Assembly: GCA_016209735.1 (NCBI GenBank)
Contig: JACQVN010000034.1
Location: 9,557 to 73,556 of the forward strand
Direction of reading: 5' to 3'
Length of the DNA stretch: 64,000 bases
DNA from: Candidatus Methylomirabilota bacterium
Lineage (GTDB): Bacteria; Methylomirabilota; Methylomirabilia; Methylomirabilales; 2-02-FULL-66-22
Positions 37,838 through 47,841 of this stretch are shown in pieces. How positions within the stretch are numbered: the stretch's first letter is position 1; each line of letters begins with the position of its first letter. The notes under the pieces are model-generated. The model was given only the letters and a program-made list of their open reading frames with translations, did no database searches and was not told the DNA's origin. The position numbers and the translations under genes are program-made.

Positions 37838-39358
37838 TCAATGCCCGGCGAAGGGGTGGGGGGGAAACCCCCGAAAGCCCTCCCCCAGGATGATGGAAAA
37901 GTCGCGCAGGGGCTTGCCCCTGTCGACGATCGGCACCACGCGGAGCCGCTCCACCCGGTCGAATGCTTGCCGCAGCTCCGGCGGCGGATCGATCCGGCCG
38001 AAGGTGACGAAGAGGCCGTCCCGTCCGCGGAGGGCCTCCCAGCCGCCCCAGAGGTCATATTGGTTCATGCGACGGCCGAGGTTCACGTTGTACACGCGCG
38101 GCTGCCCGGGCGCATAGAAGGCCAGTTGGCTGGCGATCTGGTAGCGGTCGCTCATCAGGAAGGGGGTCCGCGGCAGCGTGCGCATGACCGATCCCACCGC
38201 TTCGCCAAGCTCTGGCCAGCCGCGCAGCCGCTTGCTCACGAGATCCAGCCGTTCCGGGATGCGCAGGCCCAAGGCGCCCACGTCCAGGACGAAGAAGGCC
38301 GCCAGGACAGCCGCGGGCAGGATTATAGAAGCTTGCAGGCACAGCTTCAAGCGCCGCGTGCGCTGCCAGTCCGCTCCCCAATCCTGCCAGCTCTGCGCCC
38401 ACCCTGCCAGCGCTATGGCCGACGGCACGTAGGCGTGGGCGGCCCAGTTGCCCTGAACTTTGCTCAGGAGGCTCCAGGCTTGGAAGAAGAGGAGGACGGG
38501 CAGGGACAGGCAGGCCAGGAGCCAGAGCTCGTCGCGCCCCTGGCGCAGGCCCTCCCGACCGGCCCAGACCAGCGCGGAAAGCATGAGGAAGAACAGGAGC
38601 GGGGAGACGAGGCCGATCTGGGAACCGAGAAACTCCAGGGCGCTCAACAGGGATGGCCATGGATGGCCGGCGGCGACGCCGGCCTGGACCAGGACGTGGC
38701 GGCCGGAGAGCCAGCCGTGGCGCGCGTTCCAGACGATGACCGGGCTGAAGATGAGGAACCCGAGAGCGAGGGCCTCGTAGGGCTCGCGCCGTCGCAGCCA
38801 CGGCCGCAGCCGGGGAGAGCCGACGAGCCAGAAGAGGACGCACGGCAGAAGCATCAGCATGGTGTACTTGCTGAGGAGCCCTACGCCGAAGGCGATGCCG
38901 GCCCCGTACCAGCCCCCGGCTCGCCGGCGCGCCGCGACGCGCCACAGGCAGAATCCGGCCAGCCCCCAGCAGAAGACGAAAGGCGGGTCAATGGTCATGA
39001 GCAAAGAGCCGGCGGCAAAGAGCGGGATCACGCCCAGGACGGCGACGGTGAGAAAGCCGGCCCGCGCGTTCCGGAACGTCTCGGAGGCTTGTATCGCCGC
39101 CAGTCCCGCCAGGGCGGTCCCCAGCAGGACGGCGGGAAGCCGGATCCAGAAGGCGGTCTGCCCGCCGAGCCAGGTGCTGCCGGCGATGAGGTAGGCCACC
39201 AGGGGCCCCTTGCTGTAGTAGCTCCAATCGAGGTTGCGGGACCATTCCCAGTAGTGCGCCTCATCGGCGGAGAGGGGCCAGAGGCCGCTGCCGATCATCC
39301 AGAGGTGGAGCAGGCCAAGGCCGAGCAGGAGGAGGAGGGTGCCGACGCCTGGGGTCAT
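37838..39358 (-). CDS. ArnT/PMT-like (GT39/GT83) polyprenyl-phosphate-sugar-dependent glycosyltransferase
   Basis: I start it at ATG 39358 ([17 protein letters not shown]...). N-terminal loop motif [10 protein letters not shown], polytopic body, and a soluble C-terminal domain. Confidence 0.82.
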   Translation of the reverse strand: MTPGVGTLLLLLGLGLLHLWMIGSGLWPLSADEAHYWEWSRNLDWSYYSKGPLVAYLIAGSTWLGGQTAFWIRLPAVLLGTALAGLAAIQASETFRNARAGFLTVAVLGVIPLFAAGSLLMTIDPPFVFCWGLAGFCLWRVAARRRAGGWYGAGIAFGVGLLSKYTMLMLLPCVLFWLVGSPRLRPWLRRREPYEALALGFLIFSPVIVWNARHGWLSGRHVLVQAGVAAGHPWPSLLSALEFLGSQIGLVSPLLFFLMLSALVWAGREGLRQGRDELWLLACLSLPVLLFFQAWSLLSKVQGNWAAHAYVPSAIALAGWAQSWQDWGADWQRTRRLKLCLQASIILPAAVLAAFFVLDVGALGLRIPERLDLVSKRLRGWPELGEAVGSVMRTLPRTPFLMSDRYQIASQLAFYAPGQPRVYNVNLGRRMNQYDLWGGWEALRGRDGLFVTFGRIDPPPELRQAFDRVERLRVVPIVDRGKPLRDFSIILGEGFRGFPPHPFAGH

Positions 39359-39449
39359 CACCGGGCAGGGCTCCCCGGCAGCACGCGCACGACCCGCGCC
39401 TGCCGGCGGGGGGGGGTCGGCCGGGAGGCTCTGCTCTTGCGCACGCCGC

Positions 39450-39974
39450 TCATCTCGAGCGCGCCGCCTGGAGCCGGCGGTCCCTGGCGAGGACATCGGC
39501 TGCCATGCGCGCCCGGTGTGCCCGCAGTTTTCGCTGCAGCCCAGGGCTCGAGAGGGAGAGGATCTGGACGGCCAGCAAGCCGGCATTCCGGGCGCCGGCC
39601 CGGCCGATGGCCACCGTGGCGACCGGGATCCCGCCGGGCATCTGCACGGTCGAGAGGAGCGCGTCCAGGCCGTTCAGGGAGCCATTCTCCATGGGAATGC
39701 CGATGACCGGCAGGGTGACGTGCGCGGCCAGGACCCCGGCGAGATGCGCGGCGCCGCCGGCGCCCGCCACGAGAACGCGAAGGCCGCGGCGCTCGGCATC
39801 GCGCGCGTAGCGCTGGACCCACTCCGGGGTGCGATGCGCGGAGGCGACATGCATCTCGTAAGGGACGCCAAAGGCGTCCAGGGCCTCGGCGGCTTCCTGC
39901 ATGGTCGGGAGATCAGAATCGCTGCCCATGAGAATGCCCACGAGGGGCTCCCGGGCTTTGACCTTCGGCGGCAT
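39450..39974 (-). CDS. purE: 5-(carboxyamino)imidazole ribonucleotide mutase
   Basis: 174 aa. [28 protein letters not shown]. Confidence 0.95.
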   Translation of the reverse strand: MPPKVKAREPLVGILMGSDSDLPTMQEAAEALDAFGVPYEMHVASAHRTPEWVQRYARDAERRGLRVLVAGAGGAAHLAGVLAAHVTLPVIGIPMENGSLNGLDALLSTVQMPGGIPVATVAIGRAGARNAGLLAVQILSLSSPGLQRKLRAHRARMAADVLARDRRLQAARSR

Positions 39975-40028
39975 GGGTCCTCCTTGCTTGGGTCGCCGAA
40001 CAGGTTCCTGAAGCTTAGAGATGTCCGT

Positions 40029-40092
40029 GCTTCGACAAGCTCATGCTTCGACAAGCTCATGCTTCGACAAGCTCATGCTTCGACAAGCTCAG
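40029..40092. repeat. 4 tandem copies of the 16-mer GCTTCGACAAGCTCAT
   Basis: Read directly. It lies between purD and purE. Confidence 0.9.
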
Positions 40093-40140
40093 CATGAGCG
40101 GAAATACCTCCGAGATTTCATGCGACCCTTCGCTCACCCT

Positions 40141-40172
40141 GAGCCCGTCGAAGGGTGAGCCCGTCGAAGGGT
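40141..40172. repeat. 2 tandem copies of the 16-mer GAGCCCGTCGAAGGGT (approximate inverse of the 40029 unit)
   Basis: TGAGCCCGTCGAAG is close to the reverse complement of CTTCGACAAGCTCA. Together with 40029-40092 it forms a potential long imperfect cruciform. Confidence 0.85.
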
Positions 40173-40197
40173 GAACGGAGGGTTCTTCAGCACCCCG

Positions 40198-41484
40198 CTA
40201 CGCGCCGCGCGCCCACCGCTCCAGGGCCTTGCGACCGATGTCGCGCCGGTAGTGGACTCCCTCCCAGCGGATGCAACGGACGGCACGGTAGGCGCGGTCG
40301 ATGGCGGCGGCGATCGTCTGGTCGCGAGCGGTCACCCCCAGCACACGGCCTCCCTTGGCCACGAAGGTGTCGCCGGACCTGGCCGTTCCGGCGTGAAAGA
40401 CCACGACCCCTTCGATGGCCTCCGCCTCCTCAAGACCCCGGATCGGGTGGCCGCTGTCATAGGCGCCCGGATAGCCGCCCGCCGTCATGACCACGCAGAC
40501 CGCCGGATGGGAATGCCAGCGGACGGTCACCTCGCGCAACTGCCCCTCAGTCACCGCCTCCAGGACCGGGAGCAGATCGCCGTCCATGCGCATGAGGAGC
40601 GGCTGGGCTTCGGGGTCTCCAAACCGGACGTTGAATTCCAAGACCTTGGGCGTCCCATCCTTGATCATGAGGCCGGCGTACAGGATACCCCGGAAGGGCC
40701 GGTCCTCCGCGGTCATGGCGCGCACCGTCGGGATCATGATCCGCTCCATGACCGCCCGATGGATCTCGTCGCTGATGACGGGTGCGGGGGAGTACGCCCC
40801 CATGCCGCCCGTGTTGGGACCCTGGTCCCCGTCGAACACCGGCTTGTGGTCCTGGCTGGAGGCCATGGGGATGACCGTCTCCCCGTCGCTGAAGGCCAGG
40901 AAGGATGCCTCCTCACCGGTCAGGTATTCCTCGATGACCACGCGGCTGCCGGCGTCGCCGAAGACCTGCTGCTCCATCATCCTGGTGGCGGCGTCCAGCG
41001 CTTCCGGCACGGTGCGGCAGACCACCACACCCTTCCCGGCGGCCAAGCCGTCTGCCTTGACCACGACGGGGGCGCCCACGTCGTGGATGTACCGGTGTGC
41101 CTCCTCCAGGCGATCGAAGGTCTGGAAGAAGCCGGTGGGGATCTTGTACTTGCGCATGAGGTGCTTGGCGAAGATCTTGCTGCCCTCCAGAATCGCCGCG
41201 CGCCGGCTCGTGCCGAAAATCCGCAGGCCGCGCGCCTCGAACTCGTCCACGATGCCCAGGGTGAGCGGCAGCTCCGGACCCACCACGGTGAGGTCGATCT
41301 GCTTCTGGGTCGCGAAGTCTGCCAGGCGGCGGACCTCCGACGGACCGATGGCGACGCACTCCGCCAGTTGAGCGATGCCGGCGTTGCCGGGTGCCGCGAA
41401 GAGCTGCCGCGCCAGCGGGCTCTGTTTCAGCTTCCAGACCAGGGCGTGCTCTCGTCCCCCGCTCCCCACCACCAGGATCCGCAT
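40198..41484 (-). CDS. purD: phosphoribosylamine-glycine ligase
   Basis: 428 aa. MRILVVGSGGREHALVWKL and an ATP-grasp body. Confidence 0.95.
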   Translation of the reverse strand: MRILVVGSGGREHALVWKLKQSPLARQLFAAPGNAGIAQLAECVAIGPSEVRRLADFATQKQIDLTVVGPELPLTLGIVDEFEARGLRIFGTSRRAAILEGSKIFAKHLMRKYKIPTGFFQTFDRLEEAHRYIHDVGAPVVVKADGLAAGKGVVVCRTVPEALDAATRMMEQQVFGDAGSRVVIEEYLTGEEASFLAFSDGETVIPMASSQDHKPVFDGDQGPNTGGMGAYSPAPVISDEIHRAVMERIMIPTVRAMTAEDRPFRGILYAGLMIKDGTPKVLEFNVRFGDPEAQPLLMRMDGDLLPVLEAVTEGQLREVTVRWHSHPAVCVVMTAGGYPGAYDSGHPIRGLEEAEAIEGVVVFHAGTARSGDTFVAKGGRVLGVTARDQTIAAAIDRAYRAVRCIRWEGVHYRRDIGRKALERWARGA

Positions 41485-41569
41485 TTCGGTAGGCTCCGTC
41501 TCCCGCTTCCGATATCCGACAGCGATCGGCGACAGCGGCCGGCCAGCGCCTCGTTCCCCCCCCCCTCCC

Positions 41570-43159
41570 TCAGTGCCGGAAGTGCCGAACCCCCGTGAAG
41601 AGCATGGCCATCCCGTGCTCGTCGGCGGCCGCGATCACCTCGGCATCCCGCACCGATCCGCCGGGTTGAATGATGGCGGTGACCCCCGCTTCGGCCGCCA
41701 CGTCGACGCCGTCCCGAAAGGGGAAAAAGGCATCGGAGGCGAGCACCATGTCGCGCGGGGGCCCCTGCGCCTTCTGCCGCGCCAGCCGGGCCGCGTCCAC
41801 CCGGCTCATCTGGCCGGCGCCGACGCCCACCGTGGCACGCTCGGTCGCCAGGACGATGGCATTGGATTTCACGTGCTTCGCCACTCGCCAGGCGAAGCGG
41901 AGCCCCCGCTCTTCCTGCGGGGAAGGCGAACGGCGCGTCACCACCCAGAGATCGGCCGGCCGGAGGTCGAGCCGGTCGGGTTCCTGCAGCAGGAACCCTC
42001 CGCTGACGCGCCGGATCTCGTAGGCACGGTCTGCCGGCTGGCCGAGGGAGGCCGGGGGAAGCTCCAGCAGCCGCAGATTCTTCTTTCCCCGGAGCACATC
42101 CAGGGCCTCGGGAGCGTAGGCCGGGGCGATGATGGCCTCGACGAACGTGGCGGCGATGGCTTCGGCCGTCGGCGCATCCAGCGTCCGGTTGGAGGCGAGG
42201 ATGCCCCCGAAAGCCGAGACCGGGTCCGTGGCGCGTGCCTGCTGAAAGGCCTCCAGCAGCGTGTCGGCCGTGGCTACCCCGCAGGGATTGGTGTGCTTGA
42301 TGATGGCGAGCGTCGGTTCGGCGAACTCCTTTACCAGTTCCCAGGCCGCGTGGAGATCCAGGAGATTGTTGTACGACAGCTCCTTCCCGTGCAACTGCCG
42401 GGCAGATGCCAGGCCGGACGAATCTTGCAGGTCGCGATAGAGGGCGGCTCGCTGATGGGGGTTCTCCCCGTAGCGCAGCTCCTGGAGCTTTTCCAGGCGA
42501 AGGAAGAGGGTGTCGGGAAAGGCCGGCAGGGCCAGGGTCGGGGGTGAGCCCGCCCCTGACGCTTCCAGTTCGACCCGCTCCATAAACGCCGCGATCAGGC
42601 CGTCGTAATAGGCCGTGTGGCTGAAGGCCTTGCGCGCCAGGGCGAATCGGGTCGTTCGCGAGAGCGAGCCGTCCCTGGCGGAGAGCTCGTCGAGCAGCGG
42701 TCCGTAATCCGCCGGATGGACCACGACGGCCACCGCCTCGAAGTTCTTGGCGGCGGATCGAAGCAGCGCCGGGCCGCCGATGTCGATCTGCTCGACCGCC
42801 TCCGGCAGAGAAATGCCGGCCTTCGCGATCGCGGCGGCGAAGGGGTACAGGTTGACCGCCACCAGATCGATGGGCCGAATGCCGTGCGTGGCCAGCTCCC
42901 GTTCATGCTCCGGATTCCCGCGGAGCGCCAGCAGGCCGCCGTGGATGCATGGGTGCAGCGTCTTGACGCGGCCGTCCAGCATCTCGGGAAAACCGGTGAC
43001 GCTGGCCACATCCATCACCGGCAGGTTGGCCGACCGCAAGACCGCGGCGGTCCCGCCCGTGGAGACCAGCTCGACCTGGCGGGCGGAGAGCCCCGCGGCG
43101 AATTCGACCAGGCCGGTCTTGTCCGAGACGCTCAGCAGGGCACGGCGGATTCGGGTCAT
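41570..43159 (-). CDS. purH: bifunctional AICAR transformylase / IMP cyclohydrolase
   Basis: I start it at ATG 43159 ([21 protein letters not shown]...). PurH-like throughout and ends ...TGVRHFRH. Confidence 0.95.
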   Translation of the reverse strand: MTRIRRALLSVSDKTGLVEFAAGLSARQVELVSTGGTAAVLRSANLPVMDVASVTGFPEMLDGRVKTLHPCIHGGLLALRGNPEHERELATHGIRPIDLVAVNLYPFAAAIAKAGISLPEAVEQIDIGGPALLRSAAKNFEAVAVVVHPADYGPLLDELSARDGSLSRTTRFALARKAFSHTAYYDGLIAAFMERVELEASGAGSPPTLALPAFPDTLFLRLEKLQELRYGENPHQRAALYRDLQDSSGLASARQLHGKELSYNNLLDLHAAWELVKEFAEPTLAIIKHTNPCGVATADTLLEAFQQARATDPVSAFGGILASNRTLDAPTAEAIAATFVEAIIAPAYAPEALDVLRGKKNLRLLELPPASLGQPADRAYEIRRVSGGFLLQEPDRLDLRPADLWVVTRRSPSPQEERGLRFAWRVAKHVKSNAIVLATERATVGVGAGQMSRVDAARLARQKAQGPPRDMVLASDAFFPFRDGVDVAAEAGVTAIIQPGGSVRDAEVIAAADEHGMAMLFTGVRHFRH

Positions 43160-43399
43160 AGGATGCTCGCAGCCTCCCGGTTGAATCCACACAGTTCACC
43201 GCGACTCACAGGCAGGCGAACACGACTGACAGGTGCAATGACCGCACAGAGAGCTAGAATCTGCAGATCGAACCGCGGACCACGGCGGGAGATCGTGCGG
43301 CCCGCCCAAGCCGGGTGATCCCGGACCCCCCTGAAATCATCGGGCGCATGCTACCAAAAAGGCCGCGGCGGCGGCAAGGGCTTTCCTGCTTTTCGCACG

Positions 43400-43474
43400 T
43401 TGGCCGCGCCAAAACCAAAGGGGTCCCCTGGTGCTTTTCAGTTTTGGTTTTTGCGCGTCAGCGCAAAAACCAGG
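43400..43474 (+). repeat. type-A element, internally deleted derivative (half of the left hairpin + last ~40 nt + right hairpin)
   Basis: GCGCCAAAACCAAA-GGGGTCCCCTGGTGCTTTTCAGTTTT-GGTTTTTGCGCG-TCA-GCGCAAAAACCAGG. It abuts the AMMECR1 stop codon. Confidence 0.7.
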
Positions 43475-44086
43475 TCATGGCTTCAGTGGCAACTGGTCAC
43501 TGGCAGCCGGAGCCGTCTCCTCGAGGGGGCGCCCATCGCTGAAATGGTCCACCGTGAAAACCTGGATGTCGGCGCCCCGCCGCCAGGCATCGCCGGGCAG
43601 TCCTGCCTTCAGGCAGGCGTGGGAGAGAAAGGTGTCGCGATCCCACCCATACTCGGTGGCGACCTGGGGCAGCAACAGGCCGTGGCGGCTGCCCTGACTG
43701 ATATAGAGGCCATGGCGGCCGATCTGGATCCCGGCCACGCTGTCGATCCGTCGGAGGGGCGAGAGCACGGAAATCTCCAGGTGGAGATGCGGCAGCTCGG
43801 AGCCGCTGACGGGTGGGAAGCGAGGATCGGCCGTGGCGGCGGCGACGGCGCAGTGTCGGACGGTTTCGGCCAGGCTCTGGACTGCGCGCACGAAGCCGAT
43901 GCACCCGCGGAGGGCGCCATCCCGCGTCAGGGTAACGAAGGCGGCGCCGGGCTGTTGAAGCGCCGAGTCGGTCGGGAGCGCCGAGACGCTCACCACACCG
44001 CGCACCCGCTCCCGGATGGCGCGACGCGCCAGGGCGAGGAGCGCGGCCCTCTGTTGTGGGCTGAGGATCGGAGCCTCGTCAGGCAT
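43475..44086 (-). CDS. AMMECR1-domain protein (AmmeMemoRadiSam system protein A)
   Basis: Internal ATG 44086 of track ORF 43475-44455 (MPDEAPILSPQQRAALLALARRAI...GAFVTLTRDGALRGCIG...LLPQVA). Confidence 0.85.
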   Translation of the reverse strand: MPDEAPILSPQQRAALLALARRAIRERVRGVVSVSALPTDSALQQPGAAFVTLTRDGALRGCIGFVRAVQSLAETVRHCAVAAATADPRFPPVSGSELPHLHLEISVLSPLRRIDSVAGIQIGRHGLYISQGSRHGLLLPQVATEYGWDRDTFLSHACLKAGLPGDAWRRGADIQVFTVDHFSDGRPLEETAPAASDQLPLKP

Positions 44087-44612
44087 GGGTGGACGATTCC
44101 TCCAGGTTGCGGTGCCAGTATACCCGGACGAGATGGTCGTCGTCCGAGAAGCGGATTTCCAGGTGCCCGTGGTGCGCGCGGTGCACCGCGCGGCCGAGGC
44201 GCCGCGCCAGCTTCTCGGAGGTCGTTTCGATGAGGAAGGTCTCCTTGGGGCCCCAGTCCGTATGGATGATCCGCTCGAGCGGGTTCTTCTGCAGGGCGTT
44301 GCGCTCGGAATTCTGGATGCATTGCAGGATCTGGCTGCGGTTCTGCCAGAAGTAACTGCCGGCAAGGTACAGGATGCCCGCAGGGTTGTCCTCGCGGATC
44401 TGCCGGCAGGCTGGGCAGAGGGCCTTGACCGGGGACTGCCAACGCAGGGTGGCACGCCGGACGGCGGGATCCAAGGACCAGTTGCCTTTGTGCCAGATGG
44501 CGTTGCAGCGCGTGCAGATGGCAGGATCGGAAGGAGGCTTGGTGTCGCGGAGCGAGGAGACCTGGTGCAGCATCTTGTCCCGGCGGGTCAACCGAGCCTT
44601 GGCTGAGATCAT
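44079..44612 (-). CDS. zinc-ribbon protein of unknown function (NMD3-like / BCAM0308-like family, tentative)
   Basis: 177 aa. CTRC...CPAC pairs followed by a conserved-looking alpha/beta domain. The family assignment is from memory only. Confidence 0.55.
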   Translation of the reverse strand: MISAKARLTRRDKMLHQVSSLRDTKPPSDPAICTRCNAIWHKGNWSLDPAVRRATLRWQSPVKALCPACRQIREDNPAGILYLAGSYFWQNRSQILQCIQNSERNALQKNPLERIIHTDWGPKETFLIETTSEKLARRLGRAVHRAHHGHLEIRFSDDDHLVRVYWHRNLEESSTHA

Positions 44613-44855
44613 TGCTCTCCTCCTTGACAGGGTTATCGACGCCTGGGAGCACTATATCCCCCGTGGAGAATCTTTGCAACGAATGACTCGGGCGGGGTGG
44701 GAATCCGGCGGGGAGAGGAGAGGAGTTGCCGACCGCCGCCCGGAGGCGCGAGAGGGGTGTGGGCCCCGAGCGGCGGTGGCGGCGAGCAGGGTCCCGAACA
44801 CTGCACCGCCCATCCCGTCCCGGAAGATGACCCGGCGTTCAAGTCCATCTGCGGC

Positions 44856-44884
44856 TTGACGGTGGGATGTCAGCGTGCTAAAAG
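44856..44884 (+). promoter_or_regulatory. candidate sigma-70-type promoter TTGACG-17 nt-TAAAAG
   Basis: TTGACG at 44856-44861 and TAAAAG at 44879-44884, about 135 nt upstream of the adenylyltransferase start. Sequence match only. Confidence 0.4.
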
Positions 44885-45019
44885 GTGACAGATTCGGTAA
44901 CGAATGCCAAGACACGGAAGCTCCCCGAGAGGGCAGAGGGGGGCGGATGCATGATCTGACGGTCCGGAGAGGGCGCCCCAAGGCAGCTTCAGCGGGGCCA
45001 CTCCCCGTGGAGGAACGGC

Positions 45020-45877
45020 ATGAGCTCGAGCGGCGGCGGTCAGGGGACACGGGGGACGGCTCCGACGTTTTCCGAGGAGCAAATCCGACGCTACAGCCGG
45101 CATATTCTCCTGCCCGAGGTGGGCGGCCGGGGGCAGCGGAAGCTTCTCAACAGCCGAGTCCTGTTGATCGGGGCAGGGGGGCTGGGCTCGCCGGCGGCGC
45201 TGTACCTGGCGGCGGCGGGGGTGGGAACCCTGGGGGTCGTCGATTTTGACGCGGTGGATCTCAGCAATCTCCAGCGGCAGATCTTACACCACGTCCGGGA
45301 CGTGGGCCGCCCGAAGGTGGAATCGGCGGTCGACACCATCCGGGAAATCAATCCGGACGTGAAGGTGATCCCCCACAAGCTCGCGCTCTCGTCCGAGAAC
45401 GTGCGCGAAGTCTTCGCGCCCTACGATGTCATCGTCAACGGCTCCGACAATTTCCCCACTCGCTACCTGGCCAATGATGCCTGCGTCTTCATGCGAAAGC
45501 CCCTGGTGGACGGCAGCATCTTCAAGTTCGAAGGACAGGCCACGGTCTATCTCCCGGGGAAGGGGTGCTATCGCTGCCTCTACCCAAAGCCGCCGCCGCC
45601 CGGGCTGGTGCCCAGTTGTGCGGAGGCCGGGGTCTTGGGGGTGCTGTGCGGCGTGGTGGCCTCGATCCAGGGTATCGAGACGATCAAACTGCTCCTGGGG
45701 CTCGGCGATTCCCTGGCGGGGCGCCTGCTCTTTTTCGACGCCCTGGGCATGGAGTTTCGCCAGGTGAAGATTCGCCGCGATCCGACCTGCCCGGTGTGCG
45801 GCGACAGCCCGACGATTACCGACCTCATCGATTACCACGAATTCTGCGGCGTGCCGAAGGAGGTGCGCCTGAGCTAG
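45020..45877 (+). CDS. ThiF/MoeB/HesA-family sulfur-carrier-protein adenylyltransferase (no rhodanese domain)
   Basis: 285 aa. RYSRHILLPEVGGRGQRKL, LLIGAGGLGSP, and Zn-site Cys pairs CYRC and CPVC. Confidence 0.9.
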   Translation: MSSSGGGQGTRGTAPTFSEEQIRRYSRHILLPEVGGRGQRKLLNSRVLLIGAGGLGSPAALYLAAAGVGTLGVVDFDAVDLSNLQRQILHHVRDVGRPKVESAVDTIREINPDVKVIPHKLALSSENVREVFAPYDVIVNGSDNFPTRYLANDACVFMRKPLVDGSIFKFEGQATVYLPGKGCYRCLYPKPPPPGLVPSCAEAGVLGVLCGVVASIQGIETIKLLLGLGDSLAGRLLFFDALGMEFRQVKIRRDPTCPVCGDSPTITDLIDYHEFCGVPKEVRLS

Positions 45878-46114
45878 CCCGCATTATTCGCGAACACGCC
45901 TCGCGAATACTGCGGGCTTAACAAAACACCAAGTGGGATGCGACCAAGGCCCGAAGCGGTGTCGTTATTGCCTATCGGCAGCTCACCCATCTCAGCGGAC
46001 GAATAACTTGGTGTGCCCAGCGGCATTGGGCATCCCGCCGCAGGCGGGAATGATTCTAGATCATTAAGCCCGGACTGTTCCCGAATCACGAAGGATTCGG
46101 GAATAGTCCGGGCT
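45876..46114 (+). repeat. type-B hairpin-bounded repeat element, copy 2 (fills the intercistronic gap between the adenylyltransferase and JAMM genes)
   Basis: Terminal hairpins lie at 45876-45918 and 46067-46114. The first hairpin overlaps the TAG stop codon (45875-45877). Internal helix ACACCAAGT/ACTTGGTGT. Confidence 0.85.
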
Positions 46115-46144
46115 GCGCGGGGCGAAGCCGTGACGGGAGCGAGA

Positions 46145-46639
46145 GTGAAAGGGCTTTCCCCGGATCATCTCGGTCGGATTGTTCGGGAGGCGGAGGCTGG
46201 CTACCCGGAGGAAGTGTGTGGCGCGGTCATCGGTCGACGCGGGGAATCCGATACCTACGAGATCCGGGCGCTGCCGAACATCGCCAACCGTGCCGGACCG
46301 CGAGGCCCCGACGGGAGCGTGCGGGACGCCCGGACTGCCTTTCTCGTGGACCCGGTTGCCGAGTGTCGGCTCCTGAGGGAGATCGAGGAGTCCGGCCGGG
46401 AGATCGTCATCTTCTATCATTCCCATCCTGACGCGGACGCCTATTTTTCCGCCATGGACCGGGAGCTGGCGCTCGCAGGCGGTCGCGAGCCCTGGTGGCC
46501 GGGGGTCGAATACCTGGTTGTCTCGGTTCGTCAGGGGCGGGCCGTGGCGGCCGCCCTGTTCGCCTGGGATCCGCTCCGCCGCGAGTTTGCCGATCACCCT
46601 GTTCCGGTCCCTGTGCCAGAGGGTATCGGGCCGGGCTAG
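46145..46639 (+). CDS. JAMM/MPN+ (Mov34) metalloprotease, Mec+/CysO-peptidase-like
   Basis: GTG 46145 inside track ORF 46013-46639. EEVCG and the JAMM motif HSHPDADAYFSAMD. Confidence 0.88.
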   Translation: MKGLSPDHLGRIVREAEAGYPEEVCGAVIGRRGESDTYEIRALPNIANRAGPRGPDGSVRDARTAFLVDPVAECRLLREIEESGREIVIFYHSHPDADAYFSAMDRELALAGGREPWWPGVEYLVVSVRQGRAVAAALFAWDPLRREFADHPVPVPVPEGIGPG

Positions 46640-46711
46640 GCGGCTGGATCCTCGCGGCAGAGTTGGGCTATCCTGTTTGGGTCGCGTCGTTGGAGACGCG
46701 ATCCGGGGGGG

Positions 46712-47215
46712 GTGGTGAAGACCCAAGAGGCTCTGAGTCTGATGATTGCCCTGGAAGAGCGGGTGGCCCGCGTGTACACTCACTTCTTCCGGACGTTTCG
46801 CGACGACCCGGCAGTGGCCCGCTGCTGGTGGGAAATGGCCCTCGATGAGCACGGTCACGCGGGCATCCTCACGATGGTTCGCGAGCTGGTTTCGTCCCAG
46901 GCGGAAGCCGGGGAGGTTGGCTCGCGGCTGTGGACGCTGGTCGAGGCGGTGGAGCACTGCGAGGCGGAGGCGCGCGAGGTAACCGCGCTGGACCGCGCGG
47001 TGGAGCTGGCCATCCGGCTGGAGTCCTCGGAGCTGGATGCCCTGGCCCATCGCATCATCGAATCCGTGCGGGCGCAACTCCCGGAAGGGGCGGGGCGAGC
47101 GTTTCTGGCCACCGAGGGCCATTGCCGCCCGCTGGCCGAGGCGGCCGCGCACATCCACGACCGAGCCGTGCGCCACCGCCTGGAGGTATTCCTGGCAGGC
47201 GCGAAGGCTCGCTGA
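46712..47215 (+). CDS. ferritin-like / rubrerythrin-like four-helix hypothetical protein
   Basis: 167 aa with a GTG start. Helical, with an E...EHGH-type segment (EMALDEHGHAGIL). Family not firmly recognised. Confidence 0.5.
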   Translation: MVKTQEALSLMIALEERVARVYTHFFRTFRDDPAVARCWWEMALDEHGHAGILTMVRELVSSQAEAGEVGSRLWTLVEAVEHCEAEAREVTALDRAVELAIRLESSELDALAHRIIESVRAQLPEGAGRAFLATEGHCRPLAEAAAHIHDRAVRHRLEVFLAGAKAR

Positions 47216-47342
47216 TCGCGGCGGCGAAGCAAGTTCCATGACCGCGTGCCAATGGCGCCTGACCAATCTCTACGGAAGTTCTGAAAGGATCGGGATTGGT
47301 CATTGGCAAATTGGTCATTGGGAATTTCGGAATGGAGGCGCC

Positions 47343-47585
47343 ATGAGTAGACGACGCGTGCACCTCACGTTCCAGGGGCAGCTCGCCGACGAGCCGGCCC
47401 TCTGGAATATGAGTCAGGAGTTCGGGCTGGTGTTCAACATCCGCCAGGCCGACCTGGAAGGCGGCTTCGGCTGGGTCATGCTGGAGCTGGAGGGCGGAGA
47501 CGACCAGTTGGAAGCGGCCGTCCGGTGGCTCGAGGGGCGGGGCGTGATCGTGGCGCCCATCGAGCAAGACATCGTAGCGGGATGA
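47343..47585 (+). CDS. NIL-domain protein (80 aa), paralogue 1
   Basis: ATG 47343 behind GGAGG. MSRRRVHLTFQGQLADEPALWNMSQEFGLVFNIRQADLE...LELEGGDDQLEAAVRWLEGRGV is NIL-domain-like (the MetN C-terminal domain type). Confidence 0.75.
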   Translation: MSRRRVHLTFQGQLADEPALWNMSQEFGLVFNIRQADLEGGFGWVMLELEGGDDQLEAAVRWLEGRGVIVAPIEQDIVAG

Positions 47586-47621
47586 CCGCGACATGCCGAA
47601 CGACGCTGCGGAGGTTTTCTC

Positions 47622-47650
47622 TTGACACACCCCACGGATCCTGCTTAAAT
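47622..47650 (+). promoter_or_regulatory. near-consensus sigma-70-type promoter TTGACA-17 nt-TTAAAT
   Basis: TTGACA at 47622-47627 and TTAAAT at 47645-47650, about 17 nt upstream of the riboswitch P1 stem. Confidence 0.6.
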
Positions 47651-47666
47651 CCGCCCACTTCGCTGA

Positions 47667-47764
47667 CTCATCCAGAGTGGCTGAGGGACTGGCCCGACGA
47701 AGCCACGGCAACCCCGCGCCGGCGGGGTGCCAACTCCTGCCCCGCCTGAGCGGGGAGAGATGAG
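47667..47764 (+). promoter_or_regulatory. SAM-I (S-box) riboswitch aptamer
   Basis: CTCATCCAGAGTGGCTGAGGGACTGGCCCGACGAAGCCACGGCAACCCCGCGCCGGCGGGGTGCCAACTCCTGCCCCGCCTGAGCGGGGAGAGATGAG matches the S-box consensus blocks (YTCATC.AGAG.GGC.GAGGGA.TGGCCC..TGA.GCC.GGCAACC...GGTGC.AA.TCC.GC...AGAGATGAG) with P1 closure CTCATC/GATGAG. Confidence 0.9.
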
Positions 47765-47791
47765 AGGGCGGCGATGGACGCTGTCCGGATG

Positions 47792-47830
47792 CCCCTTCTC
47801 ATGAAACGGTGAGAAGGGGTCTCGCGTTTT
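47792..47830 (+). terminator. riboswitch expression-platform hairpin (terminator; alternative antiterminator with 47761-47770)
   Basis: CCCCTTCTCA (47792-47801) / TGAGAAGGGG (47810-47819), then TCTCGCGTTTT. The 3' P1 strand plus GAGAGGGCGG can alternatively pair with CCCCTTCTCA. The U-tract is short and offset. Confidence 0.5.
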
Positions 47831-47841
47831 CCGGGAGGGTC

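Noticed and set aside
44885-45019. Riboswitch (Moco, SAM-II or SAH type) in the ~135-nt leader of the adenylyltransferase gene.
   Set aside because: It contains some hairpins and a direct GAGAGGGC repeat, but I could not match it to any riboswitch consensus I know. I left it unannotated.
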